A stretch of 63,964 nucleotides of DNA, filler included, from Stramenopiles sp. TOSAG23-2 (lineage: Eukaryota), in the NCBI GenBank assembly GCA_900128395.1. It is 4 parts of 4 records of this genome, joined end to end, with 100 filler letters (N's around TTAATTAATTAA, not from the genome) between each part and the next. Parts side by side here need not be neighbours in the genome. Positions count along the whole stretch, not along the records: positions 16,427 to 32,714 come from LT649682.1; positions 32,815 to 49,019 come from LT649683.1; 2 more parts are not named here. One strand, written 5' to 3'. Positions 25,303 through 36,054 of the stretch are shown here, in pieces (the stretch's first letter is position 1; every line of letters begins with the position of its first letter). The translations under genes and the position numbers were made by a program. The notes beneath the pieces are model-generated. The model saw only the letters and a program-made list of their open reading frames with translations. It was not told the origin of the DNA and ran no database searches.

Positions 25303-25881
25303 ACAATGCTTTTTCTATAAGTAGGTATACATAAATCTTGTCATTTAATTTCACCTTTCCAGTAAAAATCGAACCAACCACCTATTCAAAACCAAACAGA
25401 CCATTTTGATCATTAGGAAAACGCCATAAAATACAACAGGCAATTTCTATTAACGATGTAAATCGAGATTTATTTAAAAAAAAACAAAAAAACGAGGAGA
25501 GTGTCCTACGTATACCATTTAGACTACCACTTTTTCCTCCAATTTTATATGTTTTCACGTTTTCACTACTGTATTTTATACTTTAATAAAGCCTACTTTT
25601 CATCATTTCCCTATCTATAGTCTAGAAAATTTAAAATTTTAAAAAAGCCAACGAATATGATGCAGAGGCCGACCTGATGCGTGAATCCCATCGAGTGGTG
25701 GTCAGAAAATGTCTTATTTTAAGGGGGTCCTGGTTTTTAAGGGAATTTAAAAATCTATCCACTATCAAATGACGATCATTTATACTTGAAAGGTGAATTA
25801 GAATATTAGATCTACAGCAAAATTATCCAAATCTTTTTACCAAAATATATATCTATAACGAGCATATATCTTTATCGTATA

Positions 25882-27579
25882 ATGAATGATAAATTCAAAG
25901 AGGAATATATATCATTCAAAAAAAAAGTGGAAACGATGAACAATATAATCAATGAAAATAAAATGTCTGACACGACCACTACTACCACGACGGCAACTAC
26001 GAACGGTAATAAAAAAACAAAAACACCACGACCAAACTCATCAAACAAAAATAATATTGATAATGATAAAAAGAATATTGATAAGGATAATGATAAAAAT
26101 AATACCAATTCATCATCATCATCCGGGATAAAATTAAATACACATTTATCAAAGAAAAAAAAACGTAGTTCTTCGAGAAGAAGCAAAAATGAGAAGAAAA
26201 GACGCCGTTCTAGCACACCTTCCTCTCCTAGTGAGCTAAGGGTACGTTCATCATCCAATGGTTCTAAGAGTGATTATTTTGCTATCGAAATTACAAAACC
26301 AGGTGGATATGAAGAATTGAAACTTGTGAAAAAAAATGGTACAGGTGGTAGTGGTCCAAATTTAGAAATGATGAAAATACCGAAAGAAGATTTAGTTGTA
26401 GTATCAACAGATTATGCTGGTGTGAATTATGCTGATGTTTGTATACGTTGGGGATTATATACATCGGCAAAAGAATTTGTTGGTTGGCCAATTGTAAGTT
26501 TTATAAAAAACATTTCTTCTTCTTCTTTTCTTCAACAAAATAATATTATTATATATATAATAATTATTCATCGTCCATTTTATTTTATTATTTTTCTAAC
26601 AACATACATTTAACATCATGAACCAAATTTATTTTATATAATATATATATAAAATATGTACATTCATAATATAATATTATTATTATTATAATAGACACCC
26701 GGTTTTGAATTTGTTGGTACAGTAACTGAAATTGGTGAAAACATTCAAAATAATACCGAAGATCATTTGAAATTAGGTGATAAAGTATTTGGTGTGACAA
26801 TGTTTGGTGGCTATAGTAACTCCGTAGTTGTGCCACGACATCAAATTTATCATGTACCTGATGAATTGAGGTTGGAAGAAGCAGCGGCATTTCCTGCTGT
26901 TGGATTAACAGCATGGTATGCAATGTTTAAACAATATCAACCACGTGAAAATGATACGATATTGATTCATAGTGTAGCTGGTGGTGTTGGAAGCATGTTG
27001 GCACAATTAGGTAAAATATGTAACTTAAAAGTTGTTGGTGTAGTTGGATCGTCACATAAAGTTGATTATGCATATAAAGAATTAAATTGTGATTTAGTAA
27101 TTGATAAAAGTGTGGATGATTTATGGGTGGAAGCGAATAAATATAGCCCAAATGGATACAATGCAATATTTGATGCAAATGGTTATCAAACATTAAGTGA
27201 TGGTTATAATCATTTAGCATCTGGTGGTAGATTAGTCGTATATGGATTCCATTCAATGTTACCAAAAGTTGGTGGTAGATTAAATATTTGTGCATGGTTG
27301 AAAATTATATATGGATATTTAAAAACACCAACATTCAATCCACTTGATATGACCAATGTTAATCGTGCCTTATTATGTTTCAACTTGTCGTTCATGTTTA
27401 ATCGTACAGATGTATTGGAAGAGGCGATGGGGAAATTAATACAATATGTGAAAAATGGACAATTGAAAGTACCGAAAGTTACAATATTTCCTATGAACAG
27501 AGTTGGTGCTGCACATAAACATATTGAAAGTGGCATGTCCGTGGGTAAATTGGTATTAAATACGAAGCAGATAGTGTAA
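25882..27579 (+). CDS. VAT-1-like / quinone oxidoreductase (MDR superfamily), two exons; start uncertain
   Basis: AGVNYAD..RWGLY; the intron 26494-26694 (GTAAGT...ATAG) yields WPI|TPGFEF. Also ILIHSVAGGVGS, FDANG and AHKHIESGMSVGKLVL. The N-terminus is low-complexity. Confidence 0.88.
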
Positions 27580-27898
27580 TAGAGAACCTGTATTTATGTG
27601 AGTCTGACGATATATTCTTTTTTTTTATTCTACAAACTTTCGTATAATTAATATTTTTTACGAATTTTTTTTTTTATAAAATTATCACTGAGATAAACGA
27701 TTTTTCGTGTGTGGGTATTTATTTTTAGAGGGTGTGAGATACAATTTAATACTTTTTAGTTTTTGACATCCACGCAAAATAATAGTGGTGGTTACTTTTT
27801 TAATTTTACACTCTCACATGATAATTCCTACACTCCTACAAATACTTCCGTTCGAATATATGTACTCTTTTTTTATTTTGAATTTACAACTCTACGCA

Positions 27899-30022
27899 CT
27901 ACGCACAATCTCCACCATCGTAATTACACTCTTTCGAACCACATGTTGTATCACATATCCCATTATCAAACCCGGTTTCCGACCAACAATAATCAGTACA
28001 TAACTTGGCGCAATTTAAATCACTATTCTCCTTTTTGTAGCATAAAGGATTACCGGAAAAATAAGATTCAAATTGTGTCTTACTTTTCATCATATTTTTC
28101 ATATTTTCCGAGATGGAAGATATGCTATTGTTTCTAGCATCTAAATATATTAACCTTTCGAATTCTTCTAATCCACTTAATGAAATCAATCCACATCGTG
28201 CATTACTAAGCTGAACTACAGTTTTGCTAAAACTATCAAATTTAGATGGGAGCATCTCCATTTTATTTCCATCTAAATATAAAAATAATATCGCTGGAAG
28301 TTGGTTGGAACTCAGTTCGTTTGGAATTTGAACACTATTATTACCCAAATCTAAATACAGTAGATTTGGCAGTATGATTTTACTAACATCTTGCGGCATC
28401 CCTAGGCCTATATTACTACTCATTCGTAAAATTGTTAACTCAGGATGGTGCCATACATGTTCATTACATTTAGTAATATTATTAAATTCCAAAGACAAAC
28501 GGGTTAAACGAGGCCATCGAAGCACATTTACATTGAATTCTTGCAATTCGTTAAACGAGAGTTCAAAATTGAACATTTCTTTTAAATTTTCCATTTCCTT
28601 TGGAAGCGTTGTTAAATTTCCATGCTTGATGTATATTTTTCTCAGTCCATCCATTTCTGTTGTAATTTTCAACGGAAGTTGTTTTAAGCTGTAATCGTTT
28701 TCAATGTGTAATGATACGCAATTACACTTCGGTATAAATGCTCGTTTACAATATGGTGTTTTTAGTATACAGCCTTTTTGCCATAAGTCTGTATTATCAA
28801 ATATATGTTCGCAAGTATGTAACAATGATAAATTTATCAATTGCCCAACTATGATTATTATCAGTGCTAACGAATATATAAAGCTCATAGAAAATACTAC
28901 TAATTTCATGTATCGCGGAAAATATTTATTCTGGTTCTTCACTACCTCTTCATTTACGGATAACCCAAACAACGATTTACGCTTTCTTTTCATACCCACT
29001 GATGTTTTTTGTTGCCCCAATGCAATTTCCTCATTTACATTGTTCAGGACAATTTGTTCAATTACAGTTGGTAATTTTGAAAATAACGACAAAGAAGGAA
29101 CAAAAATAATTTGTAAAATTTCACCAAGTGTCATTTCCATTTGATAGCCAAAAAAAAGAATAACTAATGGTACAATTAGAAAAAACAAATCGATAGCGAT
29201 GTCTAATATCACTTGAAAATTGCGTTCATTGAAGTTAATGTCTGTTTTCCCTCGCCAAAGCTTATAAAACATAAATTTGGTACGATGTAAGGATTCAATT
29301 AGTAATAACATGGCGAATGTAATATTCCATCCTATTGGTAGCATGCATGAATAAAGTTGAATTAAATTACTCAATTGAATCCAGCTTTCTGTAAATTCGC
29401 TAAAATACAATAAATGCAAATAATATTTACCATTAATATCAAAATTGTCATCATAAAATTTCGACATCTCATTATATTTTGATTTAATTTTCGAGATGGT
29501 CTGTTGTGTATTGCCATCTTCAATTCCATATTTACTTTTAATAAATGTTTTTGCATTATTCTTCCACACAACGAGTATATGAATAAACCGCAATGCATAA
29601 ACGATCGAAAATGATAGAAATACCCATATAAACGGACGAGATATTCTGTGAAAGCTACTGCTGTATTCGGTGTTTGCTTGTAAAAAAAAAATTGTAAAAT
29701 GTGTTGCAGCAATTATTAATATCATTAATAAAACTATTGATCCACTGAAACGTACGTGTTTTCTAAAGGACAAATTCTTCATTATGCTTTGCGCTATGTT
29801 TTTCGTATTTGTTGATAGTGCACGTGATCTTTGCGTAGGATTCATCTTACGTAATGACTCTCCATTTAAAATGGGAATTTCAATTGCTAATGGATTGATG
29901 ATGGAATTGTTTACTATTGACTTTTTAGCATTATCTTCTTTAATTAATATTTTTGTTATCTTTTCTTTATTATTACCACCGTCCTGTTTTTCACTCATGT
30001 TGCTTTTCCTTGTTTCATCCAT
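27899..30022 (-). CDS. Multi-pass membrane protein with extracellular LRRs and a C-terminal LNR(Notch)-like Cys motif
   Basis: 707 aa with several TM segments, then LRRs (LPKEMENLKEMFNFELSFNEL, LLYLDLGNN, LIYLDARNN, GNPLC) and CWS....NGICDTTCGSKECNYDGGDC. Confidence 0.8.
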   Translation of the reverse strand: MDETRKSNMSEKQDGGNNKEKITKILIKEDNAKKSIVNNSIINPLAIEIPILNGESLRKMNPTQRSRALSTNTKNIAQSIMKNLSFRKHVRFSGSIVLLMILIIAATHFTIFFLQANTEYSSSFHRISRPFIWVFLSFSIVYALRFIHILVVWKNNAKTFIKSKYGIEDGNTQQTISKIKSKYNEMSKFYDDNFDINGKYYLHLLYFSEFTESWIQLSNLIQLYSCMLPIGWNITFAMLLLIESLHRTKFMFYKLWRGKTDINFNERNFQVILDIAIDLFFLIVPLVILFFGYQMEMTLGEILQIIFVPSLSLFSKLPTVIEQIVLNNVNEEIALGQQKTSVGMKRKRKSLFGLSVNEEVVKNQNKYFPRYMKLVVFSMSFIYSLALIIIIVGQLINLSLLHTCEHIFDNTDLWQKGCILKTPYCKRAFIPKCNCVSLHIENDYSLKQLPLKITTEMDGLRKIYIKHGNLTTLPKEMENLKEMFNFELSFNELQEFNVNVLRWPRLTRLSLEFNNITKCNEHVWHHPELTILRMSSNIGLGMPQDVSKIILPNLLYLDLGNNSVQIPNELSSNQLPAILFLYLDGNKMEMLPSKFDSFSKTVVQLSNARCGLISLSGLEEFERLIYLDARNNSISSISENMKNMMKSKTQFESYFSGNPLCYKKENSDLNCAKLCTDYCWSETGFDNGICDTTCGSKECNYDGGDCA

Positions 30023-30865
30023 TACGATTAATTGTGAATTGTGTAATGGTGGAAAATACTTCTTTTGAATATTATAGCTTATTTCAGTTATATATATTTT
30101 GGAAATTATGAATGAATATATTTCGTCGTCATAATATACTGTATGTAATCAATTGTAACAGTTTGCATTGTACATTATTATTAATATACAATGTAAGCCA
30201 GGTATAAGCTTATATAGATTAAGATATAATTTAGTCTGTAAAACTATATATTATAAATTAATTATTGGCCGCACCACCTCTTTTCTCCTCTTCTTCTTCT
30301 TGTCTTCTTCTTGCCAGCTTGTAATATGTAGGTAAAAAAGCTAAAAAAAAAAAAGCTGTATTGTGTAGTCTATGTGCTATTAATATTTTAAAAATAAAAA
30401 AAAGGAGGAGTATTATAAGCTGATGGTAAGCTGGTGTAAGCCTGTGGTATTATAATAGGAGGTGGATATACTTATTATAATTAGTCGTTTACATAGGTAA
30501 AATATAATTAAAATACAAAAAAGAAACTGAAGAATAATAAAAAATAAAAAAAAGGGGGGGGGTAGAAAATAATTTTTATGTATGTTTCTTTGTTGTAAAT
30601 TTTCCTTTGTGTGTAGTGTTATTATGTTATTATTATTATCTATTATAATTATTATTATTATTTATCATTTATGCAATACATCATATTAGATATAGACGGA
30701 TTGCTTTGTTCGTAAGTGATTATAAACATTAGATAGATATTTCGAATCTACTAGAAAAATAAAGAAAGTAGAAAAAGAAACACATAATACTTATAAAAAA
30801 AAGAGTGTTGAAAACGTTTTGTCTGTGTATATCATATTCGTATTTGATTACAGGTTTAAATAACA

Positions 30866-31517
30866 ATGAAAGTAGTAAGTGTATTGATAACATGTTTGTT
30901 GTTAATATCTGCTGTTAGTTGTGAAGATCTTACTTGTAAAGCTGGTGAAGGTATGGCTTTTGGAGCTATATTTACATCTGGATATGCATCACAATACACG
31001 TATTAAAAATATTGCAGTATATTATTTAAGAGATAGTATTTCATTCAATGATATACAGATGTTTACCTTGGAGGACAAAATACGATACGACGTCCAAGAT
31101 ACATCATGTCCTTCGAAATTGTTTGAAGCTGAAGATATATCCATACAGCAAGTAAATATGGATACATTAGGTAAAGAAAAAGAATGGGTTGCAGTAGTCA
31201 ATCTCAACACACAAGATAAAAATGGTTATTTACAAAGTGAATTGCCATATTGTAAAGTGCGAAAGTATTTAATTGGTGCAAAAACTGTTGTTAAAGCTTA
31301 TATAGATGATGATGGTTGTTGTAATGGTTTGAAAGATTATGAGCAATGTCAAAGCATATGTGATAAAGGAGGGTTGGCCAAGTTGAAAGACAAACGGGGT
31401 AAACATTATTCAAAAGATGTTGTGTTGACAGGAACGCATTATGACATTAAAAACTCTTTATCTAGAAGAAGAAGGTTATTGAGAAATTCACGAGGTGGCG
31501 AATGTGCGAGAATATAG
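30866..31517 (+). CDS. Small secreted Cys-containing protein ending in RRRRLL...C
   Basis: Signal peptide MKVVSVLITCLLLISAVSC from ATG 30866. It joins the 30921-31517 frame either through a 67-nt GTATGG...TGCAG intron (30951-31017) or through a frameshift. Confidence 0.6.
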
Positions 31518-31544
31518 CGAGATATAAAAGATATAAAAGAGAGT

Positions 31545-31645
31545 TCCATGTCGGTTTGTTGAAAGGGCTGGACGGCGGGTTCATTCGAAAACGGTGAGGC
31601 TGTCGATTGGTGGTACCACGGGACAACTGGAACCGGGAAGTCATT
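31545..31645 (+). pseudogene. GC-rich fragment encoding a CRESS-Rep-like SF3 helicase Walker A
   Basis: Translates KGWTAGSFENGEAVDWWYHGTTGTGKSL* (WW at 31608), in a sharp GC-rich island within AT-rich DNA. Confidence 0.45.
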
Positions 31646-32213
31646 ATAATTATTTTTAAATATCATTACGCGTACCAATTGATAGCTATAGTTTATAAAA
31701 TATTTTAAAATATATGTGTACATTTTTTTATTTACTCTTCGTAAAAAAATATTTCTCTGTTGTGTATAATTAATGTGCGGTTTAAAACTTATTTTTTAAT
31801 TTACTCATGATAATTGTCCTATATGATCTTGTATGCATATATTGTCAATGATATATTTGTACGTATATTAAATATATCAAAATACTCTCCAGCACAGAAG
31901 AAAGAATATCATCAAATATGATATGATACGACAACAAATAACTGAGACAAATAATATGATATATATATCTATCTCACTATATCATATTATATTATATAAT
32001 TAGTTAATAAAACTTACTTCGGAAAATTTAACCGAGATCATAAAAAAGCTTTTTTTTATACTACCCTCGACCTTTTTTTGTGTGCGATTATATAATATAT
32101 CAAATTTCAATACACGAACCTCATATAATGCGCAACTAATATATTGTTGTGCTAAATATGAATGATACGTCATACATATTCTTAAAATATATATCTCTCA
32201 AAATATTTAAATA

Positions 32214-32714
32214 TTACGTGAATTGTTTTGGATCAGCATCTGCGAATGGATTTGCATGGACTGTGACATTATTTATGACTATATCTGTTATTGGTTTACA
32301 TTTTTTACCAGTGACTGGTGTTCGCTCCATGGCATCTAATACATCAAATCCGTGTATTACTTTGCCAACAACACTATATACATTATTTAAATGAGGTTGT
32401 GGACCATATGTTATGAAAAATTGACTACCATTTGTATTTGGACCACGATTCGCAAAACTAACAATACCACGTTCTTTATGTATTAAATGTGGTGAAAATT
32501 CATCTTTCATATGTCCACCCCATATTGACATCCCCCCTTTCCCTGTTCCAGATGTATCCCCACCTTGTACCATAAATCCTTCCATATTTCGATGAAATTT
32601 CGTATTATTATATTTATTAGCAGCAGCTAATGCTAACATATTAAATGTTAATTTAGGTACAATATCGCAATGTAATTCTAATTTTAAATCACCTAAAGTT
32701 GTATGAAGTGTTAA
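32214..32714 (-). CDS. PPIL3: Cyclophilin, PPIL3-like (5' end cut by contig end)
   Basis: TLHTTLGDLKLELHCD.VPK...FHRNMEGFMVQGGD..GTGKGG.SIWG...ANRGPNTNGSQFFITY..QPHL...VIHGFDVLD..E...VTVHANPFA. Confidence 0.88.
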   Translation of the reverse strand, partial: LTLHTTLGDLKLELHCDIVPKLTFNMLALAAANKYNNTKFHRNMEGFMVQGGDTSGTGKGGMSIWGGHMKDEFSPHLIHKERGIVSFANRGPNTNGSQFFITYGPQPHLNNVYSVVGKVIHGFDVLDAMERTPVTGKKCKPITDIVINNVTVHANPFADADPKQFT

Positions 32715-32814
32715 NNNNNNNNNNNNNNNNNNNNNNNNNNNNNNNNNNNNNNNNNNNNTTAATTAATTAANNNNNNNNNNNNNNNNNNNNNNNNNNNNNN
32801 NNNNNNNNNNNNNN
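32715..32814. other. Artificial contig linker
   Basis: 44N + TTAATTAATTAA + 44N. Confidence 0.97.
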
Positions 32815-33247
32815 GCCTGTCCCACGTTCGGTGCAAACATCTGTATAGTCCAGAAAGGAAGGAAAGACGCAACAACTCTGGGAACTCACGAAGAAGAACA
32901 TCATCTTTTTTTAATCAATCATCTAGCACTCTCTACTATTATTTTATATTTCTGTTGATTTGAATTGCAATTTAAATTTAAATTGGTTTTTGTTTAGAAC
33001 ATATAATATGTAGTATAGATAGATAGAAAGATAGATGTTTAAGTGTCAATTGAGAACAATATTGCATTAATATACGCACGTCGGATATCGTAGGAAGAGC
33101 AAATATTTTATCTAAAAGAAAAAACAACAAAAATAAATAAGAGTAAGAAAAAAGTGTTTTTTTGGAAAATATTATTATATTATTAATAAAAAAATTCTTC
33201 AATAATTATATACGAAACATATTATTTTTTCTTTAGTATTATTTAAT

Positions 33248-35638
33248 ATGACTTCATTAACAACTAGCAGTTTGAAATTTGAAGACATAGCAAAATTGCC
33301 CAGGCCGGGAACAACTGCACCTGGTAATTTGTCATTTTCCCCTGATCATAAAATATTGACATATTTACATGCTACAGGTGATGATTTACAAAGGCAGTTG
33401 TATGGATTGGATTTGAAAACGTTAGATTCAAATGTGTTTGTACGACCACCTGGTGGAGATACGGAAGAAAACTTATCTTTGGAAGAAAAATTGAGACGAG
33501 AACGTCAACGGTTAATGGCTACTGGAATACAAGTATATAGTTGGTCTGGTAGAACAAATTCTAATAATGGAGGAGGTCGTGTCTTAGTTCCTCTTCAAGG
33601 GAATATATATGTTCAAGATCTAGAAGGAGCAGGAAAAGGAAAATTAAGAATGATATTCGATAAGTCTAGTACGGGTAGAAATGGTGGAGCGATCGATGCT
33701 CAATTATCACCCGATGGCACTATGGTTGGTTTTGTTCAAGAAGCAGAAATTTATGTTGTTAAAATATGCAACCCAAATGCAACAGAAATGTGTCCTGCTG
33801 TGCAAATTACCACTGGTGCTCGTGGTAATGGAAAGATGAATGGTCTTGCAGATTTTATTGCACAGGAAGAAATGGATCGTTATCGTGGATTTTGGTGGGC
33901 GCCTGATAGTAAAAAGATTGCATATGAACAAGTTGACGAGGCTCATATACCAATTTATCGTATTTTACACCAAGGTAAAGATATGGTAGGTGATAATGCC
34001 CAGGAAGACCATCGTTATCCATTTGCAGGGGCAGCGAACCCAAAAGTCAAATTAGGTGTCGTAGATGTACCAGACAATTTACCAAATATGAAAACGGAAG
34101 GTAGTGAATATAAACAGAATACGGTTTGGATGGATTTAGGTGCAAATGAAGATATCTATTTAGCTCGAGTAAATTGGATGTGTAATGGAAGTTTATGTGC
34201 ACAAATTGAAAATCGTTTGCAAAGTGAACTAAATCTACAAGTTTTTGATCTTAATAATGGAAAGTCAACATTGCTTTTGCAAGAGGTAAATCCAACATGG
34301 ATTAATCTTCATAATTTATTTAGAAGTTTCTATTGTAAAAGTGAAGGTGATGAAAAAGATTCGGTGCATTTTTTGTGGGGTGCTGAACGCACAGGTTTCA
34401 TGACATTGTACCTATATAAAATGGATGGTTCAGGAAATATTAAATGTATTAATGATAATATAACGAATCCAAAAGGCGTGGTAGAAGGCATAGTTGGTTT
34501 TTCAGCTCGTAGAAACATCATCTATTTTAAAGGAACTGACGAAACATTAGATGGACCGCCACAAGCTAACTTATACGCATCTCCGTTATTTAAAACGACA
34601 AATTTTGTAAAACCATTACTGATAACAACTAGTGGTGGAGAACATAGCATGATCATGGATGGAAAAATGGAACGAGTTGTTGATATAGCGACTGATATAA
34701 ACACACCACCAACTTGTACTTTATACACTTTACATGAACGCTTGATGACTGGTAAATCAATTATTGAGCTCGGCAATAACAAAATTGAAATGTTAAAGAT
34801 CGTTCATTTAATTAGTCAAGCCACTGTATCTAATGAAATGAAAAGTCTATTAAAAATTCCTGAAATTAAAATTTGTAAAAGTCCAAAAGGTCATGATTTA
34901 TACGCTGCCGTCTTCAAACCAGATGAACGTAAGTGGGGAAAAGGTCCGTACCCATTAATTGTTGAAGTATATGGCGGACCACATGTTCAACGCGTACGAA
35001 ATCATTGGGCAACAACAGTAAATATGCGTGTACAATCATTTTGCGATCGTGGGTACTTAGTATTGATGTTAGATAATCGAGGTAGCTTTCGCCGTGGCCT
35101 ACAGTTTGAAGGGGAATTGAAACATAAAATGGGTACTGTTGAGGTGGAAGATCAAGTTTGCGGGGTGAAATGGCTTGTGAAAGAAGGTTTAGCTGATCCA
35201 AGTAGGGTTGGGGTATATGGCTGGTCGTATGGAGGATATATGAGTTTAATGTGTCTAATGCAAGCCCCTGATGTGTTTCATGCAGCAGTGTCAGGTGCAC
35301 CTGTTACACATTGGGATGGTTATGATACTCATTACACGGAAAGATACATGGGATTACCACAGGATAATAAAGAAGGATATGCTGGTGGTAGTGTAATGAA
35401 ATTCGTACCACAAATGAAAGGGAAGTTAATGTTAATACATGGTTTGATCGATGAAAATGTCCATGCTAGACACACTTTTCGCTTGATTAATTCATTGATT
35501 GCTGCTAGGAAACAATATAGTCTATTTATCTTTCCAAACGAACGCCATTCACCACGGAATTATGGTGATCGTGTTTATATGGAAGAGCAAATATTTAATT
35601 TTATGAATGGGGCGCTAAAAGATCAAAATAAACTGTGA
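33248..35638 (+). CDS. Dipeptidyl peptidase IV family (S9B; DPP8/9-like, no signal peptide)
   Basis: AQEEMDRYRGFWW, YGGPHVQ, DNRGS, catalytic GWSYGG, YDTHYTERYMG, HGLIDENVH and FPNERH. Confidence 0.93.
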   Translation: MTSLTTSSLKFEDIAKLPRPGTTAPGNLSFSPDHKILTYLHATGDDLQRQLYGLDLKTLDSNVFVRPPGGDTEENLSLEEKLRRERQRLMATGIQVYSWSGRTNSNNGGGRVLVPLQGNIYVQDLEGAGKGKLRMIFDKSSTGRNGGAIDAQLSPDGTMVGFVQEAEIYVVKICNPNATEMCPAVQITTGARGNGKMNGLADFIAQEEMDRYRGFWWAPDSKKIAYEQVDEAHIPIYRILHQGKDMVGDNAQEDHRYPFAGAANPKVKLGVVDVPDNLPNMKTEGSEYKQNTVWMDLGANEDIYLARVNWMCNGSLCAQIENRLQSELNLQVFDLNNGKSTLLLQEVNPTWINLHNLFRSFYCKSEGDEKDSVHFLWGAERTGFMTLYLYKMDGSGNIKCINDNITNPKGVVEGIVGFSARRNIIYFKGTDETLDGPPQANLYASPLFKTTNFVKPLLITTSGGEHSMIMDGKMERVVDIATDINTPPTCTLYTLHERLMTGKSIIELGNNKIEMLKIVHLISQATVSNEMKSLLKIPEIKICKSPKGHDLYAAVFKPDERKWGKGPYPLIVEVYGGPHVQRVRNHWATTVNMRVQSFCDRGYLVLMLDNRGSFRRGLQFEGELKHKMGTVEVEDQVCGVKWLVKEGLADPSRVGVYGWSYGGYMSLMCLMQAPDVFHAAVSGAPVTHWDGYDTHYTERYMGLPQDNKEGYAGGSVMKFVPQMKGKLMLIHGLIDENVHARHTFRLINSLIAARKQYSLFIFPNERHSPRNYGDRVYMEEQIFNFMNGALKDQNKL

Positions 35639-36054
35639 GAAAAGAACTCAAAAGGTGTATGATATATGATATGAATAATTTTTTCCATTTCTTCGATCAG
35701 GTATGATACATTAAGCATTAGTACGTTTACGTTTGTAATTTTATATATATACGAAGCGTTCGTACGAAAGAGAGAGAGAGAGATTTAAATATTATTTAAC
35801 GAGACGATATAATAATGTATGATATGCACACACCATATCATATCATATCATATCATATATATCATAATATCATATTCCTATCATATCATATCAAATATCG
35901 TGGTTAAAATCTAAAGTTATACTTCGTACGAAGTAAATAAATTTTACTTCTCCCCTCTAAAATAATATACGAGAGAGTGTATATAAATGATGGTTAAATA
36001 ATGTATATATAATATTATATCATTGTTTACACGCACACACACACGCTCGAGACG

